NCBI GenBank assembly: GCA_951406725.2
Contig: OX597829.1
Location: 37,014,001-37,078,000 of the forward strand
Length of the DNA: 64,000 nt
Source: Octopus vulgaris
Taxonomy: Eukaryota
Reading direction: 5' to 3'
The notes beneath the pieces were generated by a model, which did not search any database, had not been told where the DNA came from, and was given only the letters and a program-made list of their open reading frames with translations. The position numbers and the translations under genes are program-made. Below are positions 62,751-64,000 of this stretch, piece after piece (position 1 is the first letter of the stretch; each line of letters begins with the position of its first letter).

Positions 62751-63230
62751 CTCCCTAGCACCATCACAATCATGCGCAAGGCCCAGCTGAGATGGGCGGG
62801 CCATGTCTCCCGCATGTCCGACACTCGCATCCCAAAACAGCTCTTCTACGGTGAACTCGGCCAGGGCAGGCGCAAAGTCGGAGGGCAGAAGAAGCGTTAC
62901 AAGGATAGTCTCAAGGTCTCTCTCAAAGACTTCTCCATCGGAACAGAGACCTGGGAGACACTTGCTGCCAACCGCTCATCCTGGCGCAGCGCAATCACCG
63001 TGGGAGCAGGGACAGCCGAGGAGGGACGGATTCGGTCAGCGGAGCAGAAACGTCAGATGCGTAAAGCCAGAGCCGCCTGCACCAGTAGCACGGCCCCTAC
63101 CCACTTCTGCCCCACCTGTGGGAGGGGCTTCCTTGCTCGGATTGGCCTCACCAGCCACCTCCGGTCTCATGGCGCCAGTTCCATCAGATGATGTCAGTTG
63201 GTCATCTTCGAACCGAAGGACGAACATTAT
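62746..63230 (+). mobile_element. RTE (BovB-like) LINE 3' fragment with open reading frame
   Basis: [35 protein letters not shown]...WE..A.NRSSWR...[21 protein letters not shown] (C2H2); short UTR ending GAAGGACGAAC-ATTATTA. Confidence 0.93.

Positions 63231-64000
<770 letters not shown>

Overview
AT-rich, gene-poor eukaryotic (metazoan) DNA made almost entirely of nested, mostly decayed transposable elements and (TA)n/(TATG)n/(CA)n microsatellites. The SINE and repeat landscape suggests an octopod cephalopod (inference from recognition, not a search). I found no convincing host protein-coding exon, tRNA or rRNA. Elements present: Penelope-like retroelements (RT + GIY-YIG), CR1-like and RTE LINEs, a HERO/NeSL-like restriction-endonuclease fragment, mariner, Tc1 and maT (DD37D) transposons, piggyBac derivatives, non-autonomous Helitrons and several tRNA-derived SINE families. 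The most striking hidden signal is about ten type I hammerhead ribozyme motifs (complete, degenerate or half) with palindromic minimal stem III. One sits in a Penelope 3' repeat and the others in non-coding repeats. One is a compact hammerhead with a compensatory U3-A8 core inside a 367-bp partially tandem, retrozyme-like monomer (49154-49588). All structures were folded by eye, and boundaries of decayed elements are approximate.
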